A stretch of DNA of 63,065 nt, filler included, from Circinaria calcarea (GCA_051942165.1; 14 parts of 14 records of this genome joined end to end with filler, not necessarily neighbours in it), one strand, 5' to 3'. Counted from the whole stretch's first letter, positions 1-13,622 are shown. Translations and numbers: made by a program. Notes: a model not told the origin generated them from the sequence alone.

Positions 1-655
1 GGACGTACGTGGTCGATGATGGCTTGGGGTTTCCACCATGGATCTGGGTGGGAGAAGGAGCCGAGACATTTGAGTCGAGTGTGCTTGCCCTACTCCGACC
101 CGTGGTAGGTGGTGACATGCTCAATGGCGGAGTCGGCGGAGTCTTAAGCGTCAGCGGTAATGAATGCAGTGTACTAGACCCACTGCTCGAGGGAGTCAGG
201 GGCAAAAGGCAGCACGGTTGAGCGTACGCTGGAATAATGATTGGTATATGCCTTGGTCGTCGTGAGAGCTTGGGGCCAGCTTTAAGATCCGAAGAGGTAG
301 ATAGGGAAATCTGACTCCTTTCCGAGCTTTGTGAGTTGGGTGAGTTCGGCAGACTGTTCACCACCGCGTCGAGGACGTTCGGTGGGATAATGATCGGTAC
401 ATGCCTAGCTCCCCGGTCACCGAGGCGTATCTGACTCTTGGCGACAGTTGGAATGGGTTCCTTTGTACACAGCGCTATCTGTCGGTGTGTCGACCTTTCC
501 GCTGGACTTCTGTAGAGGGGCAGACGCTTCACAAGTGCCCGAAGTGCTGGCGGTGACGGTGATTCCTCTTTTCCAAGGTTCGGGGGTGGGTTCTTCTTGT
601 GTAGCGCCAATGGCTCGGGCACCAATGCAGATGGTTCAATCTCTGCGAAAGGCAT
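1..655 (-). CDS. Hypothetical Ser/Pro-rich protein, 3' partial (runs off the window start)
   Basis: Manual translation from ATG at 655 (MPFAEIEPSALVPEPLALHKKNPPP...) stays open to position 1. It is absent from the ORF track, presumably because it has no stop. Contains a duplicated RxxRH[VI]PIIIP motif. Confidence 0.5.
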   Translation of the reverse strand, partial: MPFAEIEPSALVPEPLALHKKNPPPNLGKEESPSPPALRALVKRLPLYRSPAERSTHRQIALCTKEPIPTVAKSQIRLGDRGARHVPIIIPPNVLDAVVNSLPNSPNSQSSERSQISLSTSSDLKAGPKLSRRPRHIPIIIPAYAQPCCLLPLTPSSSGSSTLHSLPLTLKTPPTPPLSMSPPTTGRSRASTLDSNVSAPSPTQIHGGNPKPSSTTYV

Positions 656-1551
656 TGTAAGCTATGAGTTCTCCTCGGGCGATATTATGAGGATGGTCTT
701 TTCAAAAGGTAGGAAGGCAGGGTGAAGATTTTTCAAGATAATGCGCTCCTGGAGGGAAAAGATGATCCAATACTGACACGATTCAGGAGCACCGACTAAC
801 TCTCGAGACCTACCTTACAAAGCTCGAATCCACTCGCCCACGGCCCCTCGACGTACAGTGTATGGTGTGGCAGCTACACATGAGGTAAGGTCAATACCGG
901 CAGATATGGTAACCAATGTCTCGCACGGTAGCTCACATACAACTTACAGGTCGCTTCGGCAGAAGGAAGAAGCTGAGACCTCGCAGACCAAAGAAGACCT
1001 ACCTGACTGTTCCACAACGCCCCCACGCCCCTCTCACCCAATCTTTGTAGAGTGGACTTTGTGGGTGGCCGACTGGCGCTTGTGAGACCTGTCACTCAGG
1101 CCGACATAAGTTCTGCATATGCGATGCACTTCCAAAGGGTGAGTGTGGAGGCAGGAACAATGATGCCTTGCGTCGTCCAGGTCGATCTATTCGTGGCTAC
1201 CGACGCAGTGCTCCAACAGGGATCATGACAGAAAGATTATGCTGGACCCTGTACAGAGTACCACAACCATAAAAGTGCCATGCCGCTAAGAGAGGCGGAT
1301 CCTCGAAAGGGAAAAACCGGGATCGCTGCAAGGGTTCACTAGCTCCATGACGATGATGGAATCGGCTCAATGCAGGTAGGTGTTCATCTTGTTATCATTC
1401 TACTCCGCACTAGACATCGAACGGTCTCGGAACTGCGTATAACATTACACTCAGCAAGCTACAGAGCAGACCTCGGTAGTCCCAACGGAAGCTGACCGTC
1501 GGCCAATGATTTGCCTGTCAACTTCCTAATTACGCCCGAGTCAAACGCGGT

Positions 1552-2485
1552 TCAGACGGCTGCGCTGGTCTGCTCTTTCGGCAAAGGAGTAAACCTCAGA
1601 TACGGCTTCACCGTCCTGAACTCGGGGAAGAGCTCTTTCGCCTCCTCGTTCTTTACACCTGGATGGACAATCACGTCATCGCCTGCAAGGACGATCAGAT
1701 AAGCCTTCAGCATCGGTGGGGAGAGGGCGGGTTTGTTCCACTTACCCGGCATCCAGTTGATCGGTGTGGTAATCCTGTGCTTATCACCCGTTTGTAACGA
1801 GTCCACGACGCGCAAAACCTCGGCGGTATTCCGACCGGTCGAGGCCGGGTACGAGAGAATGAGGCGGATGGTCTTCTTGGGATCGACGATGAAAACACTG
1901 CGGATGGTGAAGGCGATGCCCTTCTCGTCCACGTTGGTGATGTCCTGGTGATCCAACATGTCATAGGCGTACGCCACCTTCCTCTGCTTGTCTCCGATGA
2001 TGGGGAATTTGAGCTTGCTGCCTGAAATCTCATCGATATCTTTGACCCAGTCGTGATGGTGTTGGATGTCGTTGGCCGAGAGCCCAATCAGCTTAACGCC
2101 TCGTTTGGTAAACTCCGGCTCGAGTTTTGCAAAAGCTCCCAGCTCGGTCGTGCACACCGGAGTGAAGTCCTCGGGGTGGCTGAATAGAACAACCCATTTG
2201 TCGCCAATGAATCTAGTGCCCTCAGCATGCAGTTTCGATCAATCGCAGAAAAGGTTGTCGGCTCACTCGTGAAAGTCAATGGGCCCTGGAGCTTTGAATT
2301 AGCAGAGCATCAATCAGATGGGTTGTCCGGCCTACCATTGGTTGTCTCTGCCTGGAAGTTTGGAGCAATGCTGCCGAGTCGCAAGCTGATCAACTGATCA
2401 GTTTAAATTTGTCGCAGATTGGAGTAGTGGGGCATGCTGCAGTGTGGTGGGCTTACGGTGCGGGGCGTTCTTCTGTGGAAGCCAT
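1552..2485 (-). CDS. PRX1: 1-Cys peroxiredoxin (Prx6/Prx1 family), about 4 introns
   Basis: Spliced N-terminus [58 protein letters not shown] carries the PVCTTE peroxidatic motif; YPASTGRN motif downstream; first intron 2456-2386. Confidence 0.95.
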
Positions 2486-2968
2486 CTTGAATGTCAAACG
2501 TCCTGGAACCTTTCGGTTTTAACGGTTTTAATTGAGAGTACGGTGGTTGGAATATTCGAGTGGGCGAGTAATGAGAATTTACGAGGAATTTGGGAAGGAA
2601 GGAGCTGCTTTATCATCCAGTACCATCTCACTAATCCACGAATCTTTTTCTGTTTTGGGTTTCTGCTTTTTCATCACTCCGCATCACGCAATCGGCCAAC
2701 CCCACCACGTTTACCGTGGCATGCTCCGACGTTACCTTGAGCCATGCGAACGGGTAAGGTACTAGATATTCTAGCACTGTCAGATGTGTGGGAGAAAGTA
2801 GGCCTAATACGGACTAGGTATGGTAGCCATCAGGCTTAAACTTCGGCCTCTCACAACCCACTGAACATTCCCGCGGACCCCATCTGCTCGTCGAGGCAGG
2901 CCATACCATAATTCCCCCAATGGATCCCGATTTCCTTCCCTATCTTTCTCCCTCCCTGCTCGGCTTTC

Positions 2969-3356
2969 CTACAGGTCTGCTCGCGCCTCTTCTCCCGCCC
3001 AGCAACGCCTGATCAACTCCCTCAACGGGCCTTTCTCGATTTCCCTGGGATTCCAATATGGATTGCTGAATGCGATTTCCGTGGCTTTGTCGATATCTTC
3101 CTCCCTCATACCGAAATCCTTCAACCCTCTCTTAACCTTCAATCGCGTCAGCAACACATTCAGCCCCCTGATGGCATCTCCGTTGCTGTCCGGTAAAGCC
3201 TCGGCCAGTCGCATCATTGGCTCTACTGCCTTCGGTGCATTGTACGAGAGCGCGTGCGGTAGGACGACCGTGTGGGTTTCGGCGTGTGGCAGGTTGAAGC
3301 TACCACCAAGGCTATGGCACAGTTTGTTGTGCAGCGCCATCCCTACATTGCCAATG
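2969..3356 (-). pseudogene. Maleylacetate reductase / iron-ADH family, C-terminal fragment only
   Basis: GNVGMALHNKLCHSLGGSFNLPHAETHTVVLPHALSYN and NPYWNPR motifs. In-frame TGA just upstream, and no room for the N-terminal NAD-binding domain before JIP5 ends at 3895. Confidence 0.7.
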
Positions 3357-3530
3357 CTTCAGAGTAGTAAAGGATAATCCAATTCCCTAAACCAGTACAA
3401 TAGGAGGGCCCTCTTCACTTTAGACAACCGTGAAATAATATAGAATCTTTATATACAAAAATTATCCCCTCGACAATTCTTTGAACTTGAATCCATTTTT
3501 CCGAACAATCAAAAGTTCGCATCTTTTCGC

Positions 3531-3554
3531 CTCTCTCTCTCTCTCTCTCTCTCT
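3531..3554. repeat. (CT)n microsatellite
   Basis: ctctctctct... about 12 units. Confidence 0.9.
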
Positions 3555-3894
3555 AGTTGCATTACCATAGCTGGCTGTGACTTGGACCTCCCCCCCTTAA
3601 CCAACAGGGCTACGCCTTCGATCCCTAAATAAGCCCCCTTTTTTTATTTATTTGTAGCTTCGATATGTACCGTAAATTACCAAATGGAATGGTATGGTGG
3701 TAAACAGCCATATTCGCAGAGTAGAGCTTCGCAGAGCAGAGCTGAGCTGAGCTTCGCAGAGCAAAAAGGCAGATCTGAAAAACAGAAAAGCACAGTACCT
3801 CGGGAAGAATTCGGACACTTCCTCATCGATGGGAGGGGAGGGCGAAAAGAACGATATTCCTCTCGAAGCAGCAAAAGCTTCCCAAAAAGGGTTT

Positions 3895-4433
3895 TCAATC
3901 CATGCCTTTGAACGTCACCACGTGCGCCGGCCCTCCGCCCCTCTCCTTTCCCCTCCGCCTCTTCCGCTTCTTGCGCCTCTTCCTCCCCTTTTCCTCTTCT
4001 TCTTCTTCTTCCTCCTCGTCACTGCTCCCCTCGGCACCCTCCCTGTCACTCCCGCTTCCCTCGCTATCTAGCTCCTTGCGCTTCTTCAACCTCGCCCCAT
4101 CCGTGTCCTCCTCCCCTTCCTCTTCGTCGCCTTCGACGCTCTCCTCCCAGATCTTCACAACCTGCCCGCCTCCGCTGACCATCCGCCCGCCGGGTTCGAA
4201 GCCTAAGCCGAAGACGCCCTCGACTTCATCGTGTCGCATTTCCGCGACGACTTTGTTGATGCCTAGTTTCACCACCCGGACCATTCCGTCGCCCATGCCC
4301 ACCGCGACCATCCTCCTCTCCCCCGGAACAACCGTCATCGCATCCAGACTTTCCTTCCCGTCTGGCCCTCCCCCGACGATGATTCTCTCATCCTGATCAT
4401 CCCACATGCCCTTCTCCCACAAAGTCAGAACCC
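3895..4433 (-). CDS. JIP5: WD40-repeat protein JIP5/WDR55, 5' partial
   Basis: WD blades ([13 protein letters not shown]..., [16 protein letters not shown]), acidic/basic tail, terminal FKGMD typical of filamentous-fungal Jip5. Confidence 0.8.
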
Positions 4434-4533
4434 NNNNNNNNNNNNNNNNNNNNNNNNNNNNNNNNNNNNNNNNNNNNTTAATTAATTAANNNNNNNNNNN
4501 NNNNNNNNNNNNNNNNNNNNNNNNNNNNNNNNN
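4434..4533. other. Artificial contig spacer
   Basis: N44-TTAATTAATTAA-N44 (stops in all six frames). Confidence 0.99.
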
Positions 4534-7500
4534 AGTGACAGTACGCTTTGTGCTGCGGTACCAACTTCTGTAGCATCATCAACCAAGTTAGCTCGTGAAG
4601 CTTCGCCTCCAGCCAAAGGATCGTCTGGTCCGCCAAGACATTCGACAGACGAAGCGAAGCCTCAAATCCACAAATACAGTTCGGCTGTTAAACCATCAAC
4701 CAAGACAACTCATAGAGACAATGAAAGAGTTCAAAAGGCTCTGGCTGATATTGATGCCATGGACCTTAGTGACATTGAGTCACCTGAGTGGATAGTGGCG
4801 AAGCAAGAGCATGTCCAACGGGGTCAGAAGAGAGCTTTGGAGGTGGAGGATACTGAGGCAACCAAGCGCAAAGTAAGTTGTTTCTCCATCCACCAACACT
4901 TATGGTGCTAATCACTCTTGCAGCGTCGTCGAATCACTAACGCAAAGAGGCTTTCGTTGCAGCTGAATGTCTTTGCTAAGGCTGGGAAGGAAAGGTTCAG
5001 AGCACTCCACGAGGAAGATGCTATTGCAGAGGTACATAAAAAGGAGACCATCGACGAGAAAGAGAGGAAGAAAGACATGCAGCGAAAGCGCCGACGAGAG
5101 AAGACTGTGCAACAGGAGACGCAGAAACAACGCGACGCTTATGAGAAAATGCAGCAAGCAGCTGATGCAGCCGAGAAGGCCAAGTACATGAAGGAAGCGC
5201 AGAGAGCAGAGAAAAAGGCCAAAAGCACGAAGCGCATCCTCGAGATTGGCGAGGTCCCCGAAGAGATCCGCGAGGTTACCCCACTGACCTTGAACCTCGA
5301 AGGTGGTACGATGAGCGCTTTTCAATCCGGAGCTCATGTGTCGCCTGAGCCTCCGAAGAAGAAACCAGCCAGAGGACCAGTGATACGACCTAAAAAGACC
5401 AAAGAAAAGAAACAGGCCGAGAAGGACGCTGCTGAGGCTGCGCATGCTGCTATGGAAAGGGATGAACTGAGCCTGACTCGCATCGCACCCAAGGAGGAGA
5501 ATCGAAGAGAAACCTTGATGAGGGAGACGAAAGAACCCAAACCCAAGGAAGCATCACCAGCATTGGCGCTCACAAATTACGCCTCGAAAGGCTATCACCA
5601 GGTTTATGATCAGATATGGAAAGACGTGGCACGAAAAGACATCCCAAAGGTGTACCGAATCAAGGACAACTCACTGGCTACGAAACAATCAAATTTACGA
5701 AAGACAGCGCAACTCGCTGCCAAGGAAGCTAGGAGATGGCAGTTACGGACAAATAAAAGTTCGAAGGATGTCCAGGCAAGGGCCAAGAGGAGTATGCGAG
5801 AGATGATGTCCTTCTGGAAGCGCAACGAAAGGGAGGAGCGTGATCTACGACGTGTAGCCGAGAAACAGGAGCTGGACAACGCGAAGAAAGCCGAAGCTGA
5901 TCGTGAAGCCAATCGGCAGAAGCGAAAGCTCAATTTTCTCATCTCCCAAACTGAGCTGTATTCCCATTTTGTTGGTCGGAAAATCAAAACAGACGAAGTG
6001 GAACGTTCGACTGATAGTGCTGATGTCTTGGTGTCGGCCCAGACCGTCCAGCAGAGTAGTACAAGTACCCACACTGTCGACCTTCCCGAAAGCCTTGGTC
6101 AAGCTGGCACCAAAGTCACAAATTTCGAAGACCTCGACTTTGACGCAGACGATGATACTGTACTCCGGCAAGCTGCCATGGCCAACGCTCAGAATGCAGT
6201 CCAGGAAGCGCAAGATAGGGCTCGAGCCTTTAACGGAGAAGGGAATCAGCTCCAGAGCCAACTCGATGAGGGGGAAATGAACTTCCAGAACCCTACGATT
6301 CTCGGCGACGGTGATGTCTCTCAACCGAAGATGCTCACAGCCCAGCTTAAGGAATATCAACTGAAAGGTCTCAACTGGCTTGTCCATTTGTACGAGCAAG
6401 GGATTAATGGGATACTTGCCGACGAAATGGGTCTCGGGAAGACGGTACAATCCATATCGGTCATGGGTTACCTAGCTGAAAAGCACAACATATGGGGCCC
6501 ATTCCTGGTCATTGCTCCGTCATCTACTTTGCACAACTGGCAGCAGGAAATCAGTCGATTTGTCCCAGATCTCAAGGTTCTACCGTATTGGGGGAATGCA
6601 AGGGATCGAAAAGTACTGCGCAAGTTCTGGGACCGTAAACATATTACATACACAAAGGATTCCCCTTTCCATGTCCTAGTGACATCTTACCAGCTTGTCG
6701 TTCACGATGTGCAATATTTCCAGAAGATTCGTTGGCAGTACATGATCCTCGACGAGGCTCAAGCTATCAAATCTTCACAGAGTTCGAGATGGAAATGTCT
6801 GCTTGGCTTTCACTGTCGTAATCGACTCCTTCTCACCGGAACACCTATTCAGAATAACATGCAAGAGCTGTGGGCCTTACTTCATTTCATCATGCCCAGT
6901 CTTTTCGACTCGCATGATGAGTTCAGTGATTGGTTCTCGAAGGACATCGAAAGCCACACCCAGAGCAATACAAAGTTGAACGAAGATCAGCTTAAACGAC
7001 TTCATACTATTCTGAAACCATTCATGCTACGCCGCATCAAAAAACACGTTCAAAAGGAGCTTGGCGACAAAATCGAAAAGGACGTTTTCTGTGACCTCAG
7101 TTACCGCCAACGGGCACTTTACGGGAATCTGCGGAACCGCATCAGTTTCATGGATTTGGTTGAAAAGGTTGCCGTGGGAGATGATCAAGATACGGCGACG
7201 CTGATGAACTTGGTCATGCAATTCAGAAAAGTTTGCAACCATCCTGACCTTTTTGAACGGGCCGACACTACTTCTCCACTATCCCTGGCGTACTTTGCCG
7301 AGACAGCATCGTTCATGAGAGAAGGCCAGAACGTCAACGTTGCTTACTCCACCAGAAATTTAATTGAGTATGATCTTCCTCGATTACTATGTTCCCCGGA
7401 AGGCCGTCTTGACTTAGCTGGTCCAGGAAACGAGAAGGCTGGGTTTAAAGGCAAATATCTGACCCAGTTGATGAATATATGGACACCGGAATACATTCGT

Positions 7501-8965
7501 AACCATTCCGCTGATGCTCAAGCCTTTTCTTGGTTGCGATTCGCGGACACGTCTATAGGAGAAGCATGTCACGCTTCTCACGCAGAGATTTTCCAAAGAG
7601 CGTTACGTCTTCAAGGGAAAGCGCCTCGTCTGGCACGACTACATGCAATCTATGATGACAATGTAGATGCTGGATATACCCCAGCTTATGCCATGTTCAA
7701 CGTTGTGGAACGGAATGCCATACAGCCATCAGCTGAGCTGACCAACGAGGGGCGAATGAACGATCTCTTGAACGTATCCAAGCACACTTTCGATGACATG
7801 GGTCTGGGTATTATAGAGCAGTGTGCTCGACCTGCTGCTTCTGCACCGCCTATTGAGATTTCTTGCTCAAATCAGGACGCTGGTATCGAATCTCAAAATA
7901 CGCTATTCAATCTCTCAATACGCCGAGCGCTTTATGGAGCCTCGCAAAAGGATGAACAAGCACTTTTGGATGCTAAGGTAGTTTCAACATCCTTTCCCAC
8001 CAAAAACATGCTACCGCCACCTCTGTCGGAGAAAGCACGCTTCACCAACATCCAAGTTCCGTCCATGCGCCGCTTTGTAACAAATTCAGGCAAACTCGCT
8101 AAGCTTGATGAACTTCTCCGGATGTTGAAGAACGATGGCCATCGCGTCCTGCTTTACTTCCAGATGACTAGGATGATGGATTTGATGGAGGAGTATCTCA
8201 CCTACCGTAACTTCAAGTACCTTCGGCTTGATGGTTCTACCAAGCTAGAGGATCGGCGAGACACCGTGGCCGACTTCCAAACTAGGCCAGAGATATTTAT
8301 TTTTGTGCTTTCAACGCGCGCCGGTGGTTTAGGCATCAATCTGACATCTGCCGATACTGTCATCTTCTACGATTCGGATTGGAATCCTACAATTGATTCG
8401 CAGGCAATGGATCGTGCACATCGTCTAGGTCAGACAAAGCAAGTCACAGTCTACCGTATGATCACACGTGGTACGATTGAGGAGCGCATCCGTAAGCGTG
8501 CCCTACAGAAGGAGGAGGTACAGAAAGTGGTCATCTCGGGTGGCAGTGGAGCAGGTGTGGATTTCAATACCCGAAGCAAGGAAAACAGAACAAAGGATAT
8601 TGCAATGTGGCTTGCCGATGATGATCAGGCCGAACTCATTGAGAGGAAAGAAAAGGAGATAGCGGAAAAGGGGGAAGAGCCAAGGAAGGGGGGAAGGAAG
8701 GCAAGGGCCGCTGGAAAGAGGAAGGACCTGAGTTTGGACGATATGTATCATGAAGGTGAGCTTTCCTCCTTTTTAAAATGTCAGCTGCCTGATAACTAAT
8801 TCCATCTTCAGGGGAGGGACATTTCGACGATGGCAGCAGCAAACCCTCAGGCGCTGCTACACCTATCGATGCTGGAGAAAGCGCTGCTAAAGGCGCCAAA
8901 AAGGGCAAGGGCAAAGGTTTATCAAAGAAAGCAAAGACCGCCAAGCAAAGACTAGCTATCGCAGA
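4534..8965 (+). CDS. INO80: Chromatin-remodelling ATPase INO80, partial at both ends
   Basis: DBINO/HSA region ([19 protein letters not shown]), [22 protein letters not shown], split-ATPase insertion, [11 protein letters not shown]; introns 4873-4923 and about 8756-8811. Confidence 0.97.
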
Positions 8966-9065
8966 NNNNNNNNNNNNNNNNNNNNNNNNNNNNNNNNNNN
9001 NNNNNNNNNTTAATTAATTAANNNNNNNNNNNNNNNNNNNNNNNNNNNNNNNNNNNNNNNNNNNN
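8966..9065. other. Artificial contig spacer
   Basis: N/TTAATTAATTAA/N. Confidence 0.99.
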
Positions 9066-9572
<507 letters not shown>

Positions 9573-10169
9573 ACAGGGCCATTTAAGAGAAGTGGGGACA
9601 GAGTGGTCTGTCAACCCGTACATACTTTTGTCATTTAGATATTTTCTGCACCAATCGTAGAGACGAATCGCTTTAAAGGTCGTATGGTATCACAGTAGCA
9701 TTGTATGTGTAAGTGGCACTCGCCATTCGCTTGCCAACGTGTCGTTATTGCAGTAGAGAGCTCGTCGCCCTGTTCTAGGTTCATCCACTATCCAGGCCAT
9801 CCGTATATAATTCTTTCCAGAGAGATTTCCGTCTCTTCCGGTATGATTTCGCCCCTTTCGAGAACCTGTTACTTTTTCAGTGCGACGTGAGGTGGAAGGA
9901 TGTTGATCAACTTACGACTGAGAGTTTGCGGTTAGAGTAAAAGCCATTGCACTTTTTGACAGCCACTTTTGCTTGTGGCTCACTTCCGATCCTGCCTGTC
10001 CTATTGCAGATTGAAAAGAACAACAATGGTCCATATCTGCATTTGAGATAACATGGAACATGACAATCAAGACCTGGTCGGAAATAATACGTACTCGTAG
10101 TAGCAAATCTTGGTCTTCCGTACCGTTGGTGAGACGATCGGTGAAGTCTGGCTGTCGAAGAAGTCCTTC

Positions 10170-10942
10170 TTAATGTGGCACAGAGGATTCCAGATAATGC
10201 GTCACATCATCGTCAAATAGACTATCTTCGGTATTATGAAGCCTTTTCATATGGAGAAACGCAACATCGGTTAGAAAGTTTTGGGAAAAATCAAGCATAC
10301 ATCCCTCCCATTTTTCTGGCACAGCACCATAGGCAAACATGTTCACTAGCAGCTTGCGAAGCGGCGAGCACGCTAGGGTATTTTCGAAAGCGTACCGGGT
10401 TACCTGAGGGGAACAGAGCTTCGAATGCTCCACCCACATATCTCTGAGGGCCTCCAAAGTCTCTCTTTTCATCTTGCCGGGCCCTATCTTGTCGGCAAGA
10501 ACAAAGACCTTGACGAGGTGCATTAATGGGGCATCCGGCACAGCCGAGGTGCTAAGTAAGGGAACTGTCGGGAAGACGACCTCGCCCGAGTAGAGCTAAC
10601 ATTCGAATACCTTAAACACCGCAACCGTTTCTTTCAGGGAGATCGACGACTGCCTTTCCGGCTTCGCGGAATCAACCATTGAACACAGCCCGGAAATAGC
10701 CGGAGTAATGACAGATCAACTCCTTGTGTGTGAGGAAAGGATATTATCAGCACCGACGCGAACAGTGACAATGGACCGATGAAGTTCACTTTGCGTACGG
10801 TTTCAATTGGAGAAACTGACGTGAGAAAAATCGATATATCTTACTGTAAAACGGGGTTTTCAGCTTCTGGGTCTACCGCCGATTTCATTCTCTTCGCCAT
10901 TCTTTCTGTTCCCATCTCGTCAAAGGGAAGGCTTCTAACCAT
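10170..10942 (-). pseudogene. BTB/POZ-domain protein, disrupted
   Basis: Reconstructed IVTVRVG../FLTHKELICHYSGYFRAVFNG*FREA..VDLPE/ETVAVFKVFEC*LYSG...LVKVFVLADK...YAFENTLACSPLRKLLV. Two frameshifts; stops at 10674-10672 (TGA) and 10598-10596 (TAG). Start approximate. Confidence 0.75.
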
Positions 10943-11087
10943 AGCTGTTGTTGTGGCTGAGGATGAGTTTTGGGACCGAGCACCGAAGTCACATCGCGTA
11001 GGGCTGGACCGTCGTCATAGCCAAACAGCATCTACGAGTTTGTTTGTCGACCACTGCTAAAGTGCCAAATCTTCCACAAACTCAGAA

Positions 11088-11705
11088 ATGTTCATGACAG
11101 CACTGAAGGGAGATACTGCATTTCAAGTAAGGTCGCTAGTAAGTCTTTCCTGCATCTGTGCTACCCTGCGGTCCCTATTCCAGGCTTTTTCTCTAGACTT
11201 ATCTCTCACCATTTCATCGCTGACTGCTATCTCTTGCCACAGTTCCGCTCATTACTCCGTCAATCGCGGCAATTTGCTGCCTACAATTTCAGGGAATATG
11301 CGAAGCGTAGGACAAAGGATGCCTTCCGAGAAAATCGGGGCGAGGTAGATGAAAGGAAAGTCCAAGACCTCATACAGCGGGGCTTGAAGGAGCTACAGAT
11401 GTTGAAAGTATGTATACCGGGAACGGCGGAACCGGGTCCATTTACAGAAATCTATACCGGCTTCGAGGCCATATGTGCCAATCGCGGACACAGGCTAAAA
11501 CTACCAACCATAGAGACAAACGGTTGTCAGCCAGTTCTTCCAGCTAGACAAATTGGTGGTCGAAGGAGGGAAGACAGTAAGCCCACCCCGTCAGTCCTAG
11601 TGGTACAGGTGACATTACTTTACTTTGAGTTCCCCTGACAGACCGTTCTCTCAGGGCAAGCAAACCGGGAATGAAGGCGGCATAGTCCGGCAAACGACGG
11701 AGTGA
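11088..11705 (+). CDS. ISD11: LYR-motif protein ISD11/LYRM4 (Nfs1 partner), 3 introns
   Basis: Spliced [48 protein letters not shown]...[42 protein letters not shown]; introns 11139-11242, 11408-11513, 11577-11654. Confidence 0.92.
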
Positions 11706-12896
11706 CAGGGAAAATATCAGTGGGGTGACATGTATCTGTACATATCCATTCATGCCTGGGCACGTGAATCTGCACGAGAATACTCCGACATCGCCGCCTC
11801 TACATTTGATCGCTTCCTTGATACATACATGCAGCTCAGGGGTTCGTTGAATCTGGGTCATAGAAAAGCGCGAAAGGGCACCACTTGGCGGGGCTTCTGA
11901 ATAGATCGAACCACCCCCATGTATTCGAGAGCAGGGAACTCTCGCTTCTAGCCGGAGTGAATAGAGCCGGGAAAGTGCCACTTAGCTAGCAAGAAATCCG
12001 GCTGGTTGAGCTATGGGGCTACAGTCATCTGCTGAGATAGCTATCCGAAAGGGACGATGAACATTTATAACCATACCCTAAGTGAAAACAAAGGGTACGG
12101 TGCCATCTCCAATGAATCCCAAGCGCAGTAAAGGAAGCAGCCCGATGATAAACTGAGATTGCCGTGCACGTGCCCGGCTTTCCAGGGCTCGCTTTCTAGT
12201 TGAGGCAGGCTAAGCCCTGGGGGCAGTGTATCTATTGTGTAGAGTGAAATCGCTTGTTTGATCCTGGCAATATCATTCCTCGACACGCCTTGACCTGACC
12301 GCGACTTCTTTCATCCGTCTTCCATCACCTTACAGTTCCGCCAACGGGGTGGGGGAAGGTCGGCTTGTGACCGTCATGGCACCTGTAGGTTCCCAGATTC
12401 ATTGGAGCTTCTCATCTCAGACTACATCCTCATACGAGTCTCAATTCACTTGGAAATCGCATTCACTTGGCCCTCGAAGTCGGTAGACTCGTCGTTCAAC
12501 ATGTCATCTTCTATAGTTATCCTCTTCTCCGCGACTGCCTGCATGTCCTGGGAAAAGCTCGAGCCCCAGGCGCCAATCACTCGGCCTCGTCGGCGACAAG
12601 AGAGGTCGACGAAGCGCATTAGAGTGAGAGCATGTGACGTCCTTACGCTTCCTAGTGGCTGCCCGCCCGGGCTGCAGGCACACGTGCCCTTGTTCCTCTG
12701 TTATCCCCTACTTGAACCATACTTTACCCGCTGTGTATTTCCTCGCCCATCACTTTGCTGAATTCCCACGCTCTGTGGCATCAGCTTCACTAGGAGTGGA
12801 TCAGCTTAAATATCTTTGGACGACTTTTCGCTACCGGAATTACATCGGTCTCCAGAGCTGTGCGTGGATATCTTGCTGACTTGGGCCTTCGTATAG

Positions 12897-13493
12897 CTGC
12901 GCAACAACCGAGCCGGTAATCGATCGGCTCGAACTCAGATTGATCATGACATAATGGAAGGTTTACCTGTGCGTCAGTGGCGGAAGACGGTAGGCGTCGT
13001 CAACACTGCTCCACCTCGAGAGAACTCAAATGTCACCAACATACGCAATGCTGGATGGAAGGAATTGCCCATGCCAAGAGGGTCGGAGCTGTACTCGCCC
13101 GTGTGTCAGGCTTTGCTACGGGCTGCAAGAATGGGCCAAGTCAATCGGCCACCTCCACCACCTCTAGAGGACGAGAAAGAACTAGGGGATGACGAGGATG
13201 CAGAGGGCGAGATTGACACTGGATTCCTTGCTACCAAATGGACCCAGGTTCCTAGGAATATGGAGGAGCCCGAAATTGAGTATCTGGCGAAGAGGCGGAG
13301 AGGTTTACCGTCTGCTTATGGAGCAAGTATGGCACCTCAGAATGCCTTGGGTATCATGAGGAAGACGAAGGTCAGAAAGGTCGATCCCGAGGGTAAAGAG
13401 CACTTTTTGGACGTGTTAGCACCCGAAGGAGTGATGGTAGAAGGCGAGATCGTTGCGGACGAAGCCAAGGCTATCACGACAGAAGCTCCAGCC
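12897..13493 (+). CDS. Conserved fungal hypothetical protein, 3' partial; true start probably in an upstream exon
   Basis: Open frame DHDIMEGLPVRQWRK...WKELPMPRGSELYSP..QALLRAARMG...KWTQVPRNMEEPEIEYLAKRRRGLP, preceded by an intron-like CTGAC..TAG. Confidence 0.65.
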
Positions 13494-13593
13494 NNNNNNN
13501 NNNNNNNNNNNNNNNNNNNNNNNNNNNNNNNNNNNNNTTAATTAATTAANNNNNNNNNNNNNNNNNNNNNNNNNNNNNNNNNNNNNNNNNNNN
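13494..13593. other. Artificial contig spacer
   Basis: N/TTAATTAATTAA/N. Confidence 0.99.
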
Positions 13594-13622
13594 ATCACAA
13601 GCCCTGTGCTGAACCAGTCTGG

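Noticed and set aside
4912..6450. Long antisense ORFs over INO80 (and similar ones over other genes)
   Set aside because: Shadow frames of strongly coding sequence.
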